The notes beneath the pieces are model-generated. The model searched no databases and was not told the origin of the DNA. It was given only the letters and a program-made list of their open reading frames with translations. From NCBI GenBank assembly GCA_034440375.1, contig JAWXBZ010000105.1:9431-73430 (forward strand): a DNA stretch of 64,000 nucleotides, written 5' to 3'. Below are positions 1-11,422 of the stretch, one piece after another. The stretch comes from Candidatus Eiseniibacteriota bacterium (GTDB taxonomy: Bacteria; Eisenbacteria; RBG-16-71-46; JABDJR01; JAWXBZ01). Position 1 is the first letter of the stretch. Each line of letters starts with the position of its first letter. Position numbers and translations under genes: made by a program.

Positions 1-160
1 CGTAGCTGTCGCGGCCGGCCAGCACCTGGGCCAGCGTGCTCTTTCCCGAGCCGTTCGGGCCCATGATGGCATGAACCTCGCCCGGTTTCATGGTGAGGTT
101 GATCCCCTTGAGGATGGTCTTGCCGCCAACCGAGGCGGAGAGGTTCTTGATCTCGAGCAT
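1..160 (-). CDS. sufC: Fe-S cluster assembly ATPase SufC (5' part; runs off the window edge)
   Basis: Minus strand from ATG at 160 reads [49 protein letters not shown] (Walker [10 protein letters not shown]); directly downstream of sufB. Not in the ORF track. Confidence 0.93.
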   Translation of the reverse strand, partial: MLEIKNLSASVGGKTILKGINLTMKPGEVHAIMGPNGSGKSTLAQVLAGRDSY

Positions 161-192
161 GATGGTCGATTCCCTTCGTAAACGGTGGCGGA

Positions 193-1637
<1,445 letters not shown>

Positions 1638-1641
<4 letters not shown>

Positions 1642-2099
1642 GCGATCTCCCCGGTCAGCTTGCTTTCGGCCGACATCAGGTGCGGAAGGGGCACCGTCGG
1701 GCGGGCCATGTCCGCCAGGCTGATGCCACGAAGTGACTTGAGAACAGCGTTGTTGATACGACTCCAATTACCCCGCGAGGGGCACCGCTCCTCGTGGGCG
1801 CATTCACCAGCATGAACGCTGCAGGTGGTCAGCCCGATCGGCCCGTCAATGGCCTCGATGATGGCCGCGACCGAAATGGACTCGGCCGGCCGGGCCAGGT
1901 GGTAACCACCATTGACCCCCCGGTGAGAAATCAGGAGCCCCCGATGAACCAGGGCCTTCAGGATTTTCCCGACCATGGGGAGGGAAATCCCGGTCTCGAC
2001 CGACAGATCCCGGGCCGTGTAATCGCCTTCTATTGCGTCAGTTATGAAGTGACTCAACAAAACGATCGCGTAGTCGGCCTGCTTGGTGATGCGGAGCAA
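1638..2099 (-). CDS. Rrf2-family (IscR-like) SUF system transcriptional regulator
   Basis: [31 protein letters not shown] and three Cys ([15 protein letters not shown]). TTG start at 2099 follows a GGAGG RBS; first gene of the suf operon. Confidence 0.92.
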
Positions 2100-2139
2100 T
2101 CTGGCCTCCGTGAAACGATGGGCAACGGGACTAAAGTCA

Positions 2140-2164
2140 ATATCAGACCAAAACAGTCTGTTTT
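2140..2164. promoter_or_regulatory. Putative Rrf2/IscR-type operator upstream of the suf operon
   Basis: ATATCAGACCAAAACAGTCTGTTTT contains the inverted repeat CAGAC-N7-GTCTG with an AT-rich core, resembling the IscR type-1 site architecture (GAC-N7-GTC); about 40 nt upstream of the regulator start. Confidence 0.6.
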
Positions 2165-2239
2165 CAGAATAACAGTCGTCCCGCATCGGTTCAAGGTAAA
2201 TTCTGGCGTGGAAAAGAGGTGGCCGGGCGTTATCTCCCG

Positions 2240-2851
2240 CTACTTGATCAGGCCCGCCTTCTCCAGTCGGGTCGTCAGCGTTTCGGACAGTTCAAGGATG
2301 TTTTCGTTCATGCTGCTGTGCTTGATCACCGGGGATCTGGCCGACCAGAGCAGCTTGCCCCCGGCATCGTACAGATTCGACTCGACCTGGACGGAGGTCT
2401 CCTTCGAGTAGTAGCCCGGTGCGGACACGGCCGAGGCGGCCGCGGAATAGAAATCCCAATAGCTGTAATAGTAGTTCGGCGGGGTGTAGTCGGTCATGCC
2501 CGGTCGGGTGACCGGCTCCTTGCCGACGGAGACGGCCCGGGTCGTCAGGATGCCGTCGAAGCCCTTCTCCCTGACCATCCCGGAAATGGCCACCTTGTCG
2601 GCCTCGTGGCCACCTGGAATGATTGGATGGCTCTGGGTCGCCACATTGCCATGAGCCGTCAGCGTGCTGGCGAAGGTGTCCTCGAAGCTGCGACGACTCG
2701 TCTGGTTATCGCTGACACCGATAATCAGGATATTTCCCAGGGGCCCGACGGCCGTTGGATCCTTCCAGTCATTCCTGACCTTGGTTCCGCCGCCGCAACC
2801 GACGAATCCGAGGAGGACGATCGCCGTGGCAATCAATCTGTCTACACGCAT
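2240..2851 (-). CDS. Uncharacterised lipoprotein (DUF4136-like)
   Basis: Lipoprotein signal MRVDRLIATAIVLLGFVGC; RRSFED, a Tyr-rich segment and VESNLYD...LLWSARS, typical of DUF4136-type proteins. Confidence 0.6.
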   Translation of the reverse strand: MRVDRLIATAIVLLGFVGCGGGTKVRNDWKDPTAVGPLGNILIIGVSDNQTSRRSFEDTFASTLTAHGNVATQSHPIIPGGHEADKVAISGMVREKGFDGILTTRAVSVGKEPVTRPGMTDYTPPNYYYSYWDFYSAAASAVSAPGYYSKETSVQVESNLYDAGGKLLWSARSPVIKHSSMNENILELSETLTTRLEKAGLIK

Positions 2852-2977
2852 GGCCAGCCTGCCCTTCGGGTTGGATTTCAGGATAATGGCTCGAACGACA
2901 CCATCGGGGTGAAATTTGACTTGAGACGACAGTATCAGATGATCCATGAAGTCGGGAATCTTCGAGAATCCGGAGAT

Positions 2978-4663
2978 CTATCGGACCAGAACCACGCGCG
3001 TTGTCAGCGCTCCGAGCCGCGCGACGTACACCCCCGGCGAAAGGTCGTCCGACGGTCGCCATGTCCATCGGCCGTCGGCGTCCTTTTTTTCAACCCGGGC
3101 GACTCGTCGTCCGAGGACATCAAATATCTCCACCGGGCTTGCCGTTGGCGGAGCCTCGGACAGCTCGAATGCGAAAGGTCCCGGCGAGGGAGAATGCCAG
3201 GCCAGCAGCCGCGCCGGCCTCTGCGTCCCGGTCGGCGGCACGGCGCTCGGCAAGCTGAATTCGTAGGCACCCAGATCGATCGGACCCGAGATCGGCCGGG
3301 TCCGTGAGCCCTGGTGTTTCATGTAATGGCGAGCGATGGCATGTTCCGGCAGCGTCGCCGGAGCCGCCGCAATCCCCTGGTCGATGCCGGCGGATGTCGA
3401 TGCCAGTTCGAAGTTGTCAAAGGCGGCATCCTGGAAGCCGGGATCGCTCCCCGTGATCTGACCGTTGTTGATGACGCTGGCGGCGGCGCTGTGGCTGTTG
3501 ACCCAGCCGGTCTTGAACCAGTTCTGCGCGATCGTGAGCGTGCCGGTCTGGTCCAGCATGCCGAGGCGATTGCCGGTGGCGGTTACGGAGACAATGTTAT
3601 TCCGTGCGTCAGCCGTTTCGGCACTGCTGGAGAGACGCAAGAGTGTGGTGTTGCCGCTCCGCCGGGAAACCACCGTGTTCTGAAAAAACCAGAGCGTCCC
3701 CTGTCGATAATGGCTCAGTATGCCGCTGTCCCCGCCGTAGTGGGCGATCTGGCTGTTGCCATCGCCATCCCGCTCGAGGAGCACGTTTCCATACACGAAC
3801 GTATTGCGATAGTCCGGGTCGTCGTACACCTCGGGGAAATCGGAATCGACCAGGTCAAGCTGGCGGTTGCCCCCTTCGATCCAGTTGTAGCGGATGACGC
3901 ATCCGGCCGAGCGATCCTTGAGATTGTTGCCGCCGGCCCCGACCTTGAGCGGGCCGAACCAGTTGTACTGGAACGTGATGTTGTTGGTCTCCGTGTAGTT
4001 GTTGTGCTCAAAGATGGAGCTGACGTTGCCGTTGTCCTCGAACCGGCACCCCTCGACAAGCAGATCGGATGACAGGTAGGCACTGAAGAATCCGTTGGCG
4101 CAGTCATGAAATCGGCAACCGCGAATGACGAGGTGCTGCCCCTTTTCCACGTAGATGCCGGCGGCATTGCCGGCCCATGCGGTCAGGCCGCTTCGCCCGG
4201 TAAAGCTGTTCGGCGTGTGCGCCGCGCGAAGTTCCAAGTTTTCGATCACGATCCACGCCGGCATCGTGTCGGGAGGGTTGTTGGCCCCGCCGATCTTGAT
4301 CAGACCGCGATTCTCCGACCAGAAATTGAGCTGGGTGCGCGTCGTGGCATTCAGTCCGGTGATGACCGGCAGATTACCCACCGCATCGGGAATGCCCGTC
4401 ACGACGATGGGCTCTGCCTCGGTACCGACCCGGCAGAGAACCCACTTCTCCGCGTAGGGTGCGGGGCGGGCGTGAATCAGGACAGAGTCGCCGGGTGCGA
4501 GGCTCTCCCAGGGGACATCACCGATATTGAGGAATGGGTGGCCCGGTCCGACATGACGGGTGATTGCGGCAAGAGCGGAACTCACGATTCCCGCGGTCAG
4601 CATCAAGAGGCATGAGATCGAAAGTGAAAAACGAATCGAGCCGGGGCGGTTGCGAGTGGGCAT
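2978..4663 (-). CDS. Secreted right-handed beta-helix protein (putative polysaccharide-acting enzyme) with a C-terminal FlgD/T9SS-like domain
   Basis: Signal peptide; LAPGDSVLIH, beta-helix rungs (IRGCRFHDCANG, VEGCRFEDNG, IRYNWIEGGN); C-terminus IFDVLGRRV...PGVYVARL. Start could also be 4678. Confidence 0.7.
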   Translation of the reverse strand: MPTRNRPGSIRFSLSISCLLMLTAGIVSSALAAITRHVGPGHPFLNIGDVPWESLAPGDSVLIHARPAPYAEKWVLCRVGTEAEPIVVTGIPDAVGNLPVITGLNATTRTQLNFWSENRGLIKIGGANNPPDTMPAWIVIENLELRAAHTPNSFTGRSGLTAWAGNAAGIYVEKGQHLVIRGCRFHDCANGFFSAYLSSDLLVEGCRFEDNGNVSSIFEHNNYTETNNITFQYNWFGPLKVGAGGNNLKDRSAGCVIRYNWIEGGNRQLDLVDSDFPEVYDDPDYRNTFVYGNVLLERDGDGNSQIAHYGGDSGILSHYRQGTLWFFQNTVVSRRSGNTTLLRLSSSAETADARNNIVSVTATGNRLGMLDQTGTLTIAQNWFKTGWVNSHSAAASVINNGQITGSDPGFQDAAFDNFELASTSAGIDQGIAAAPATLPEHAIARHYMKHQGSRTRPISGPIDLGAYEFSLPSAVPPTGTQRPARLLAWHSPSPGPFAFELSEAPPTASPVEIFDVLGRRVARVEKKDADGRWTWRPSDDLSPGVYVARLGALTTRVVLVR

Positions 4664-4800
4664 GCTGCAAGAATGCACCGGGCCACCCGGCCGTGTCCAT
4701 GAACATCGACGGCCTCTCCTTGCGGGCCCGCCCCCCCTTTGGGTACCGTCCCGGTCGTTTCCTCCCGCCCGTCACGTCGCACTTCGCCCCGAGGTGATGA

Positions 4801-6216
4801 ATGCCGACCATTCCCGACTGGCTCACTCAACTCCTGGCAATTGGGATTCTCCTCGGAGCCATTGCCCTCGTCATCCTGAACCTTCCCAGGGTGGAGCTGG
4901 GCCACTCGCCCGCGTTCCTGAAACGGCGGTTCTGGAATTGGTTTCCGCTTGGCCTGACCTACGCCTTTCTGTACATGGGTCGATATAACCTGACGGTCAG
5001 CAAGAATGCGCTCGGCGACCTGATGAGCACGGCGGATTTCGGGACTATTTTCTTCTGGGGAACGCTGACCTACGGGACGGCATTCGTCATCAACGGTCCC
5101 CTGACCGATCACTGGGGGGGGCGCCGCACCATTCTGATCGCGGCAGCCGGCTCGGCTGTCTGCAATCTGTTGCTTGGCCTGGTCACCTGGCTGGTCATTG
5201 CCCGCGGATGGAATCCGCCGGGCGGCGGGCTCGTTCCGATCTTTTCAGTGGTCTACGCCGCCAACATGTACTTCCAAAGCTTTGGGGCCGTATCGATCGT
5301 CAAGGTTAACGCCGCCTGGTTTCATGTTCGCGAGCGCGGGATCCTCGGGGGGCTTTTCGGCATCCTGATCTCGCTTGGACTCTATTTCGCCTACGACTGG
5401 AGCGGCTTCATCGTGAAGCATGCCCCGACCTACTGGGTCTTCATCGTGCCGGCCATCATCCTCACCGGCTTCTGGATCATCGACTACTTCATCATCCGCG
5501 ACACGCCGGGCGAGGCCGGCCAGCCGGACTTTGATGTGGCCGATGCCTCTTCCTTCGATACCGGACCACCCCTGGGTTTGGCCGCGGTGGCGAAGAAGAT
5601 GTTCACGAATCCGGTCATCGTCACGATTGCGCTGATCGAATTCTGCAGCGGCTTTCTCCGCAATGCCGTCATGCAGTGGTACATCATCTTTGCCAAGCAG
5701 GTCGGCATCGCCGAGTCATTCGTGCCGAAGAACTGGGGGCTGCTCCTCTGCGTGGCCGGCATCACCGGTGGCATGCTCGCGGGCGTCATCTCCGATTATG
5801 TTTTCCATTCACGACGCGGGCCGGTGGCCGCCTTCCTGTACGCCGGGCTGATGCTCGGCGCGGTCCTGGTCTATTTCATGTTGTCGAGCCCGCTGCTCGG
5901 CTTTGTCGCCGTCTTCATGTCGCTTTGCTTCATCGGGGTGCATGGCATGCTTTCCGGCACGGCCAGCATGGATTTCGGCGGGCGGAAGAACGCCGGGGTG
6001 GCGGTCGGGATCATTGACGGGCTGGTCTATCTCGGCACGGCAATGCAGAGCCTGTTGCTCGGCAAGGTGCTTCCGCTGGGTGACGCCGCAAAGAATCCCG
6101 AAAATTGGAGGAACTGGCCACTGGCCATGATGCCGGTGGCCGTCATCGGGTTTCTTCTCTGCCTCCGCCTCTGGCACGCCCGGCCGAACAGCAGCAAGGC
6201 CGTCGCCGCTCACTGA
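4801..6216 (+). CDS. MFS transporter, GlpT/UhpT (organophosphate:Pi antiporter)-like
   Basis: About 12-13 hydrophobic helices; YMGRYN, GPLTDHWGGRR, WFHVRERG, ISDYVFHSRRGP, AVGIIDG. Confidence 0.85.
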   Translation: MPTIPDWLTQLLAIGILLGAIALVILNLPRVELGHSPAFLKRRFWNWFPLGLTYAFLYMGRYNLTVSKNALGDLMSTADFGTIFFWGTLTYGTAFVINGPLTDHWGGRRTILIAAAGSAVCNLLLGLVTWLVIARGWNPPGGGLVPIFSVVYAANMYFQSFGAVSIVKVNAAWFHVRERGILGGLFGILISLGLYFAYDWSGFIVKHAPTYWVFIVPAIILTGFWIIDYFIIRDTPGEAGQPDFDVADASSFDTGPPLGLAAVAKKMFTNPVIVTIALIEFCSGFLRNAVMQWYIIFAKQVGIAESFVPKNWGLLLCVAGITGGMLAGVISDYVFHSRRGPVAAFLYAGLMLGAVLVYFMLSSPLLGFVAVFMSLCFIGVHGMLSGTASMDFGGRKNAGVAVGIIDGLVYLGTAMQSLLLGKVLPLGDAAKNPENWRNWPLAMMPVAVIGFLLCLRLWHARPNSSKAVAAH

Positions 6217-7743
6217 CTAGGGCGTCGACAGGACGCCGAGCACCGCCTGCCGGATCTCCTCCTCGCCGATTGTCGGCGGCGGACCGCCCGTGCGAATGAT
6301 CCGATAGATGAGCGTCCGCATCCCGCGGGCCGACTGCTCGAAGTAGATCGGGCGGAGCCGCGATTCGGCGGCCACCACGGCCGCATCACGGGCCAGGGGC
6401 AAGAGCTCGGGTCGGAAGCGTTCGGTGACCCAATCATGGACGACGAGGAAGTCACCACCCCTCGCCACGATCTCGTCCAGTATGGCGTCGTAGCCGCCGG
6501 CCGGCGTGAATCGCCCGATCGCCCCGGCGTAGTATGCGGTGTAGGGCTTCCGGTCGTAGACGATGGTGGCCGGTGTGCAAAGGGCCTTGAGCCAGGTCCC
6601 GGCCTCGACCAGTTCCGGGAAGTAGCCGTCTTCATTCATCGTGTAGAGATCCCGGGAGAACCAGGCCGCGAACGTGATGGAGCCGACCAGCAGCAGGGTC
6701 AGGGCCAAACGTCCGGCCGGTCGCCGGACCCGTTCGATCGTGACCAGGGAAAGAATCCAGAGGATCGGCAGGAACGGGAAAAGGTAGCGAACGCGCGCGC
6801 CGATGAACGTGAGCGGCAGGAGAATGATCTGCGACAGCCCCGCCAGCAGGAGCCATGTCGGGCCGAAAAGCCCGAGGGGTCCGAGCAGCAGCGGCAGGTA
6901 CCCCGACTGCGCCCCCAGCTGGCGCAATACCTCGCCGGCCCTTTGAGGGTAGAGGCGGATGGTCTCGCCACCGAATCGTGCGAGTCGTTCGGAAACGCCC
7001 ATGCCGACGACCTCGCCGCCGGCCTGTGCTTCGGCGGCTGTCCAGCTGCCGGCGGCGATGTTGAGTGACTTGGGAGAGAGCGTCCAACGGCCATCGGTGA
7101 GGCCCACGGCCACGACATACGGGATGACGATCAGCGCCGCGCCGGCCAGGAGGCGCACCCAACTCGCGGGGCGACGCCATTGCAGCAAGGCCACGATCAG
7201 GACGCCCAGGAGTCCTTCCGGCCGGATGACGTAGGACGCGCCGAACACCGCCCCGGCTGCCAGCCAGCGAGTGCGGGCCGAGAGGCCGATGCCCAGGAAG
7301 AAGAGCGCCAGGAAAGGCATGTCGGTCATCGTGGTCAGGGAGTAACGGATGGCCAGCGGGGTGACAGCCAGGGCCGCGGCCGGCAGAAGGCGCAACCGAC
7401 GATCCCGGAGGAACGCGGCGCCCAGCCAGCCGGTGATCGGAATGAGCAGGGTGCCGGCCACGAGCGCCACGACGCGGGCCGCAAGCACCCAGTCCGGAAT
7501 CAGGAAGTGCGCCAGCCAGATCAGCGCCGGGTAACCGTACTGATGCACGGAGTCGATGCCCGGGCCACCCGCGAAAGCCTGAGCCATGCGGAGGTAGGCC
7601 GTACCATCGACGGATGGAATGGACTGGGTGGACCAGAGCGCCACTCGAATGGCGAGGCCGAGGAGCGCGACGGCGGCGAGGGCGAACCACTCCCTCCGAT
7701 CGATGGATGGCGGGGGGACGGAATCAGTGCCTTTGGGCGTCAT
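6217..7743 (-). CDS. Membrane glycosyltransferase, GT-C fold (ArnT/PMT-like)
   Basis: Multi-TM protein with DGTAYL after TM1, GYPALI, TDMPF, YVIRPEG and RYLFP. Confidence 0.7.
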   Translation of the reverse strand: MTPKGTDSVPPPSIDRREWFALAAVALLGLAIRVALWSTQSIPSVDGTAYLRMAQAFAGGPGIDSVHQYGYPALIWLAHFLIPDWVLAARVVALVAGTLLIPITGWLGAAFLRDRRLRLLPAAALAVTPLAIRYSLTTMTDMPFLALFFLGIGLSARTRWLAAGAVFGASYVIRPEGLLGVLIVALLQWRRPASWVRLLAGAALIVIPYVVAVGLTDGRWTLSPKSLNIAAGSWTAAEAQAGGEVVGMGVSERLARFGGETIRLYPQRAGEVLRQLGAQSGYLPLLLGPLGLFGPTWLLLAGLSQIILLPLTFIGARVRYLFPFLPILWILSLVTIERVRRPAGRLALTLLLVGSITFAAWFSRDLYTMNEDGYFPELVEAGTWLKALCTPATIVYDRKPYTAYYAGAIGRFTPAGGYDAILDEIVARGGDFLVVHDWVTERFRPELLPLARDAAVVAAESRLRPIYFEQSARGMRTLIYRIIRTGGPPPTIGEEEIRQAVLGVLSTP

Positions 7744-8384
7744 GGTCGCGCATTATAGGCGGGCATCAGGGCCCGCGCCCTGATGGCGGCCGGCCGAACA
7801 TGGCACCCATCGAGATGATCGTTGACCAGTCCCATGGCCTGCATGAAGGCATACATGGTCGTGGGTCCGACAAAACTCCACCCCCGTTTCTTGAGCTCTC
7901 GCGAGAGTGCCTTCGACTCATCGGACATCGTGACCTTGACCAGCGCCGATCGTGTCAGGACGCTCGGTCGCGATGCGGGAGCGGGCTCGAACTGCCAGAA
8001 AAAGGGGGCGAGAGAGCCGCACTCTTCGGCCATCTCGATGGCGCGGCGGGCATTGTTGATGGTGGATTCGATCTTGCCCCTGTGGCGGACAATGCCGGCG
8101 TTGGTGAGCAGCCGATCCACGCGACGCGGCGTGAAACGCGCGACGCGATTGAAGTCGAAGCCGTCGAAGGCTTCACGGAAGTTGTCGCGCTTCCTCAGGA
8201 TTGTCAGCCAGGAGAGGCCCGCCTGAAATCCCTCCAGGCAGATCTTCTCAAAGAGACGCGTCTCGTCGGTAACCGGAAATCCCCACTCGCGGTCATGGTA
8301 GGCCGCGTAGTCCGGGCTTCCGGCACCCCACCAGCAGCGGGGCGCCCCATCCTCTCCCGTCACCAGGCCCCTGCTCTCGAACAC
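7740..8384 (-). CDS. tag: DNA-3-methyladenine glycosylase I
   Basis: RCWW..YHDREWG, LFEKICLEGFQAGLSWLTIL, FVGPTT.YAFMQA.GLVNDH..C. GTG start at 8384 follows AGGAGG. Confidence 0.95.
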   Translation of the reverse strand: MFESRGLVTGEDGAPRCWWGAGSPDYAAYHDREWGFPVTDETRLFEKICLEGFQAGLSWLTILRKRDNFREAFDGFDFNRVARFTPRRVDRLLTNAGIVRHRGKIESTINNARRAIEMAEECGSLAPFFWQFEPAPASRPSVLTRSALVKVTMSDESKALSRELKKRGWSFVGPTTMYAFMQAMGLVNDHLDGCHVRPAAIRARALMPAYNARP

Positions 8385-8611
8385 GCACCCCCCTCCTTTC
8401 TCTCTGCAATGGCCCGTATGCCGGTCCGCGTCGCGAAAGCCGGCGGACAATATCGTGTGAGTCACAAATCATTCAATCAGACTTAACTATTGACTCAAGC
8501 GGACCATCCCTCCGGACGATTACAAGGAGCAGATCCTCAGTACTGGCCATCGCCGGTCGATAAGATCGGGTGATGAGACCTCGCGAACCATTCGAGCTTT
8601 GGGGAGACCGT

Positions 8612-9601
8612 GTGAACCAATCACAGGCCCATTCCTCTGCGTCCGAGCGAACCGGACCCGCCATCGTGCTGAAGGCCGGCCGCCGGATCATGCGACAAAG
8701 CTGGGACAACTGGCTGCTGATGCTCATCACGCTCGTGACGACGACGATCGGCCTTGGTGCCGCGGTCGGGAGCTTGCTGTTGGCGCGTGATCGGGCGCCG
8801 TGGCCCTGGAGCGGAAGCGAGTGGGTTCTGCTGGCCGGGCTGTCGATCATGGTTGGTCTGTTCGGATCGTACCTGACGGTACAGCGCCGCCGGCTCTTCA
8901 GCCTCCAGCTCGAACTCGAGGAGGCCCGCGAGGCCGCCATTGGCTCCAAGTCACGCCACCATGCCCGGCTGATGGCCCTCAGCCGTGTCAGTCAGACGAT
9001 GGCCAACGAGAACGACATCGAGTCGATCTTCGCCGGCATGACCCAGCACTGCTTCAGCCTGTTCGAGTGCGATCGCGTGTCGGTGATGCTGGTCGACCGC
9101 CAGACCGGCGAACTTGTCGTGCGGGCTGCCATGGGACACCAGGGCGCGTCGGAAATGATCGGAACGCGCCAGCAACCCGGCAAGGGTATCGCCGGCTGGG
9201 TGGCCCAGCATCGTGAATCCGTCATCCTGGGCCAGGTCGTCGAGCCGGGACGGTTCGAAGGCTTCGAACCGAGCAAGGGGGGTCTGACAGCGGCCATCGT
9301 GGTGCCCATCGTGGTCCGCGATGAACTGGTCGGCGTCATGAGCCTTTCCAGTCGGAAGCCCGGCATTGAGTATTTCGATGAGGACCTGAAAGCTCTCGAG
9401 ATATTCGCGGGGAACGCCGGGATCTGTCTGCGGCATACGGAGCAGGCGGGGTGGCTGCTCCAGCGCGTCGAGCTATTGGAAAGTACGATCCGTCCGGCAG
9501 CGACAAGCCACGGGATCAGGTCGGTCAATTGTCTCCCGGCGGTGGGGACTGATAATGTCGAAGCGTGCGACACCGACGAACGGCTGCGACCGGCCTCCTG
9601 A
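8612..9601 (+). CDS. Membrane-anchored GAF-domain protein without an output domain
   Basis: Two N-terminal TM helices, a coiled coil, then a GAF domain (RVSVMLVD, GKGIAGWVA, IVVPIVVRDELVGVMSL, FDEDLKALE). Start uncertain (8570, 8612 or 8690). Confidence 0.75.
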   Translation: MNQSQAHSSASERTGPAIVLKAGRRIMRQSWDNWLLMLITLVTTTIGLGAAVGSLLLARDRAPWPWSGSEWVLLAGLSIMVGLFGSYLTVQRRRLFSLQLELEEAREAAIGSKSRHHARLMALSRVSQTMANENDIESIFAGMTQHCFSLFECDRVSVMLVDRQTGELVVRAAMGHQGASEMIGTRQQPGKGIAGWVAQHRESVILGQVVEPGRFEGFEPSKGGLTAAIVVPIVVRDELVGVMSLSSRKPGIEYFDEDLKALEIFAGNAGICLRHTEQAGWLLQRVELLESTIRPAATSHGIRSVNCLPAVGTDNVEACDTDERLRPAS

Positions 9602-10122
9602 CGGCCGCCCTCTTCCTTATCCTCCAATCGCCGGGCGTAGCCACCTCCCCAGCCGCCCCCAGGCTAGAATCCTTCGGCAAGGTCCTGCAGCGTCATCGGG
9701 TCACACTCGGGCCGGATCAGCATGTCGTGATCGGCGAAATCTTTCATGGACCCGGATCGGAACTTGAGTTTGGCCTGGTTGAAGGCCGCTGGCACGACCG
9801 CATCTACTATCGCGGCAGCCGCCGAATCCTGCAGGAGTGGGCAATTCCCGGACCCGGCCTTCCCGACAGCGCCCTCTCGTGGGGCCGGAGCTTCGCCGCC
9901 CTTTTCAGCACGCACGACACGCTCTTCGTCGAGCTCTACCAGCCCGGTGACCCGGGCTGGGCCACGGGTGAGCGGGCCATGCGAATGGAAGCCCTTTTCC
10001 AGAAGTGGATTCGGGGCGACTTCAATCGGGGGGATTGGGCCGAAGCGGGGGCGCTGGGGATTCCTGCGCAGCGCTTCCAGGGGCCGCCGCCGGAACTTGT
10101 ATGCCCCCTCGGCGGCGGGTGA
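9565..10122 (+). CDS. Hypothetical exported protein
   Basis: Signal-peptide-like N-terminus (RHRRTAATGLLTAALFLIL); fills the gap between two genes and overlaps the GAF gene end by 37 nt. Confidence 0.5.
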   Translation: MRHRRTAATGLLTAALFLILQSPGVATSPAAPRLESFGKVLQRHRVTLGPDQHVVIGEIFHGPGSELEFGLVEGRWHDRIYYRGSRRILQEWAIPGPGLPDSALSWGRSFAALFSTHDTLFVELYQPGDPGWATGERAMRMEALFQKWIRGDFNRGDWAEAGALGIPAQRFQGPPPELVCPLGGG

Positions 10123-10201
10123 TGAGGTCCCGTCCCGCCCGTGCGGCGGATTTCGGTCTTGATGGCAGAACCCGGTCTATACTGCCCGCCGGAGGAAACC
10201 C

Positions 10202-11422
10202 GTGGCCCGATCACTGCCATCACCATTTGAACCACCCTGTCGATTTCTGGTCACCACCGCGCTTGGTCTCGAGGGGTTGTTGCGCGAAGAGTTGATCGAG
10301 ATGGGCTTTGCGCCGTCCGCCACGCCGGCCGGGGTGGCCGTTCTGACCGGCGACTGGGATACGGCGGCGCGGGTGTTGACCCGTTCGCGCATCGGCTCGC
10401 GCCTCCTTCTTTCGGTCCGCGAGTTTTCGGCGCGTACGGTCGACATGTTGTATGACCAGGTCCGGCGCATCGACTGGCCGGCTCTTTTTCCGCACACCCT
10501 GTCGATCGCGGTCAACGCGTACGGCACGACTGACAGCACCGGATACAAGATTTCGTTTGCGCCGCTCAAGATCAAGGACGCCATCTGCGATGAATTCCGC
10601 AAGCATGGAGGGCCGCGCCCGGATGTCGACCGGATCAATCCGGACGTCCGGCTGGCCGCCTTCTTTTTCAATGGGCGATGCGAACTGTCAATCGACGTGA
10701 GTGGCCAGCCGATGCATCGACGCGGCTACCGCGAGGAGGGCGCCGCCGCGCCGCTGCGCGAGAATCGAGCCGCCGGGCTTCTGCGCATGGCCGGTTATGA
10801 CGGTTCGGCCCCGCTCTTCGATCCGTTTTGCGGCAGCGGCACCATTCCGATCGAAGCAGCGCTCATCGCGCGACGGCTGGCACCCGGCCTGCTCCGCCCC
10901 GTGGACAGCTATGCCGCGGTCCGATTCATTCCCGCGCTGACGACGGCCCTCGGAGCGGAACGGGCAGTGGCCACCGAAGAGAGTCTGCCCGCCGCCCCCC
11001 ATCCAATCCTGGGCCGCGACATCGACGACAGCACGCTCTGCGTGGCGCGAAGCAACGCGCGAAAGGCCGGCGTGGACCGGGACGTCCGTTTCGAGCAAGG
11101 TGACGCACGCAACCTGAATGCCCGGGGCGGCTGGATCGTGAGCAATCCGCCGTATGGTGAACGACTGGCCGACCCGGAGGCCGCCAGGGCACTCATCTGC
11201 GAGTTCGTCCGGCGGGTCAAACACCATGGCACGGGAACAAAGCTGGCGCTGGTGCTGCCGCGGGGGCCCCTTGAAAAGTCCGTCGGGCTGAAACCGGCCC
11301 GGCGCCTGCCGATCGAAAGCGGGCCGCTCGGGCTGCAGCTTCTTCTTTTCGACGTTTACGCGGGAACCCGTCGCGGCGGTTCTGTCGACGCCGCGACGGC
11401 GGAAACCACACAGGGAGACTGA
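10202..11422 (+). CDS. THUMP-domain RNA methyltransferase (RlmL/YpsC-like)
   Basis: THUMP N-terminus; HRRGYR, APLREN.AA, DPFCGSGTIPIEAA, SNPPYG. Confidence 0.9.
   Translation: MARSLPSPFEPPCRFLVTTALGLEGLLREELIEMGFAPSATPAGVAVLTGDWDTAARVLTRSRIGSRLLLSVREFSARTVDMLYDQVRRIDWPALFPHTLSIAVNAYGTTDSTGYKISFAPLKIKDAICDEFRKHGGPRPDVDRINPDVRLAAFFFNGRCELSIDVSGQPMHRRGYREEGAAAPLRENRAAGLLRMAGYDGSAPLFDPFCGSGTIPIEAALIARRLAPGLLRPVDSYAAVRFIPALTTALGAERAVATEESLPAAPHPILGRDIDDSTLCVARSNARKAGVDRDVRFEQGDARNLNARGGWIVSNPPYGERLADPEAARALICEFVRRVKHHGTGTKLALVLPRGPLEKSVGLKPARRLPIESGPLGLQLLLFDVYAGTRRGGSVDAATAETTQGD

Noticed and set aside
8456-8466. TGTGA-G-TCACA as a CRP site
   Set aside because: CRP requires a 6-nt spacer; here it is 1 nt.
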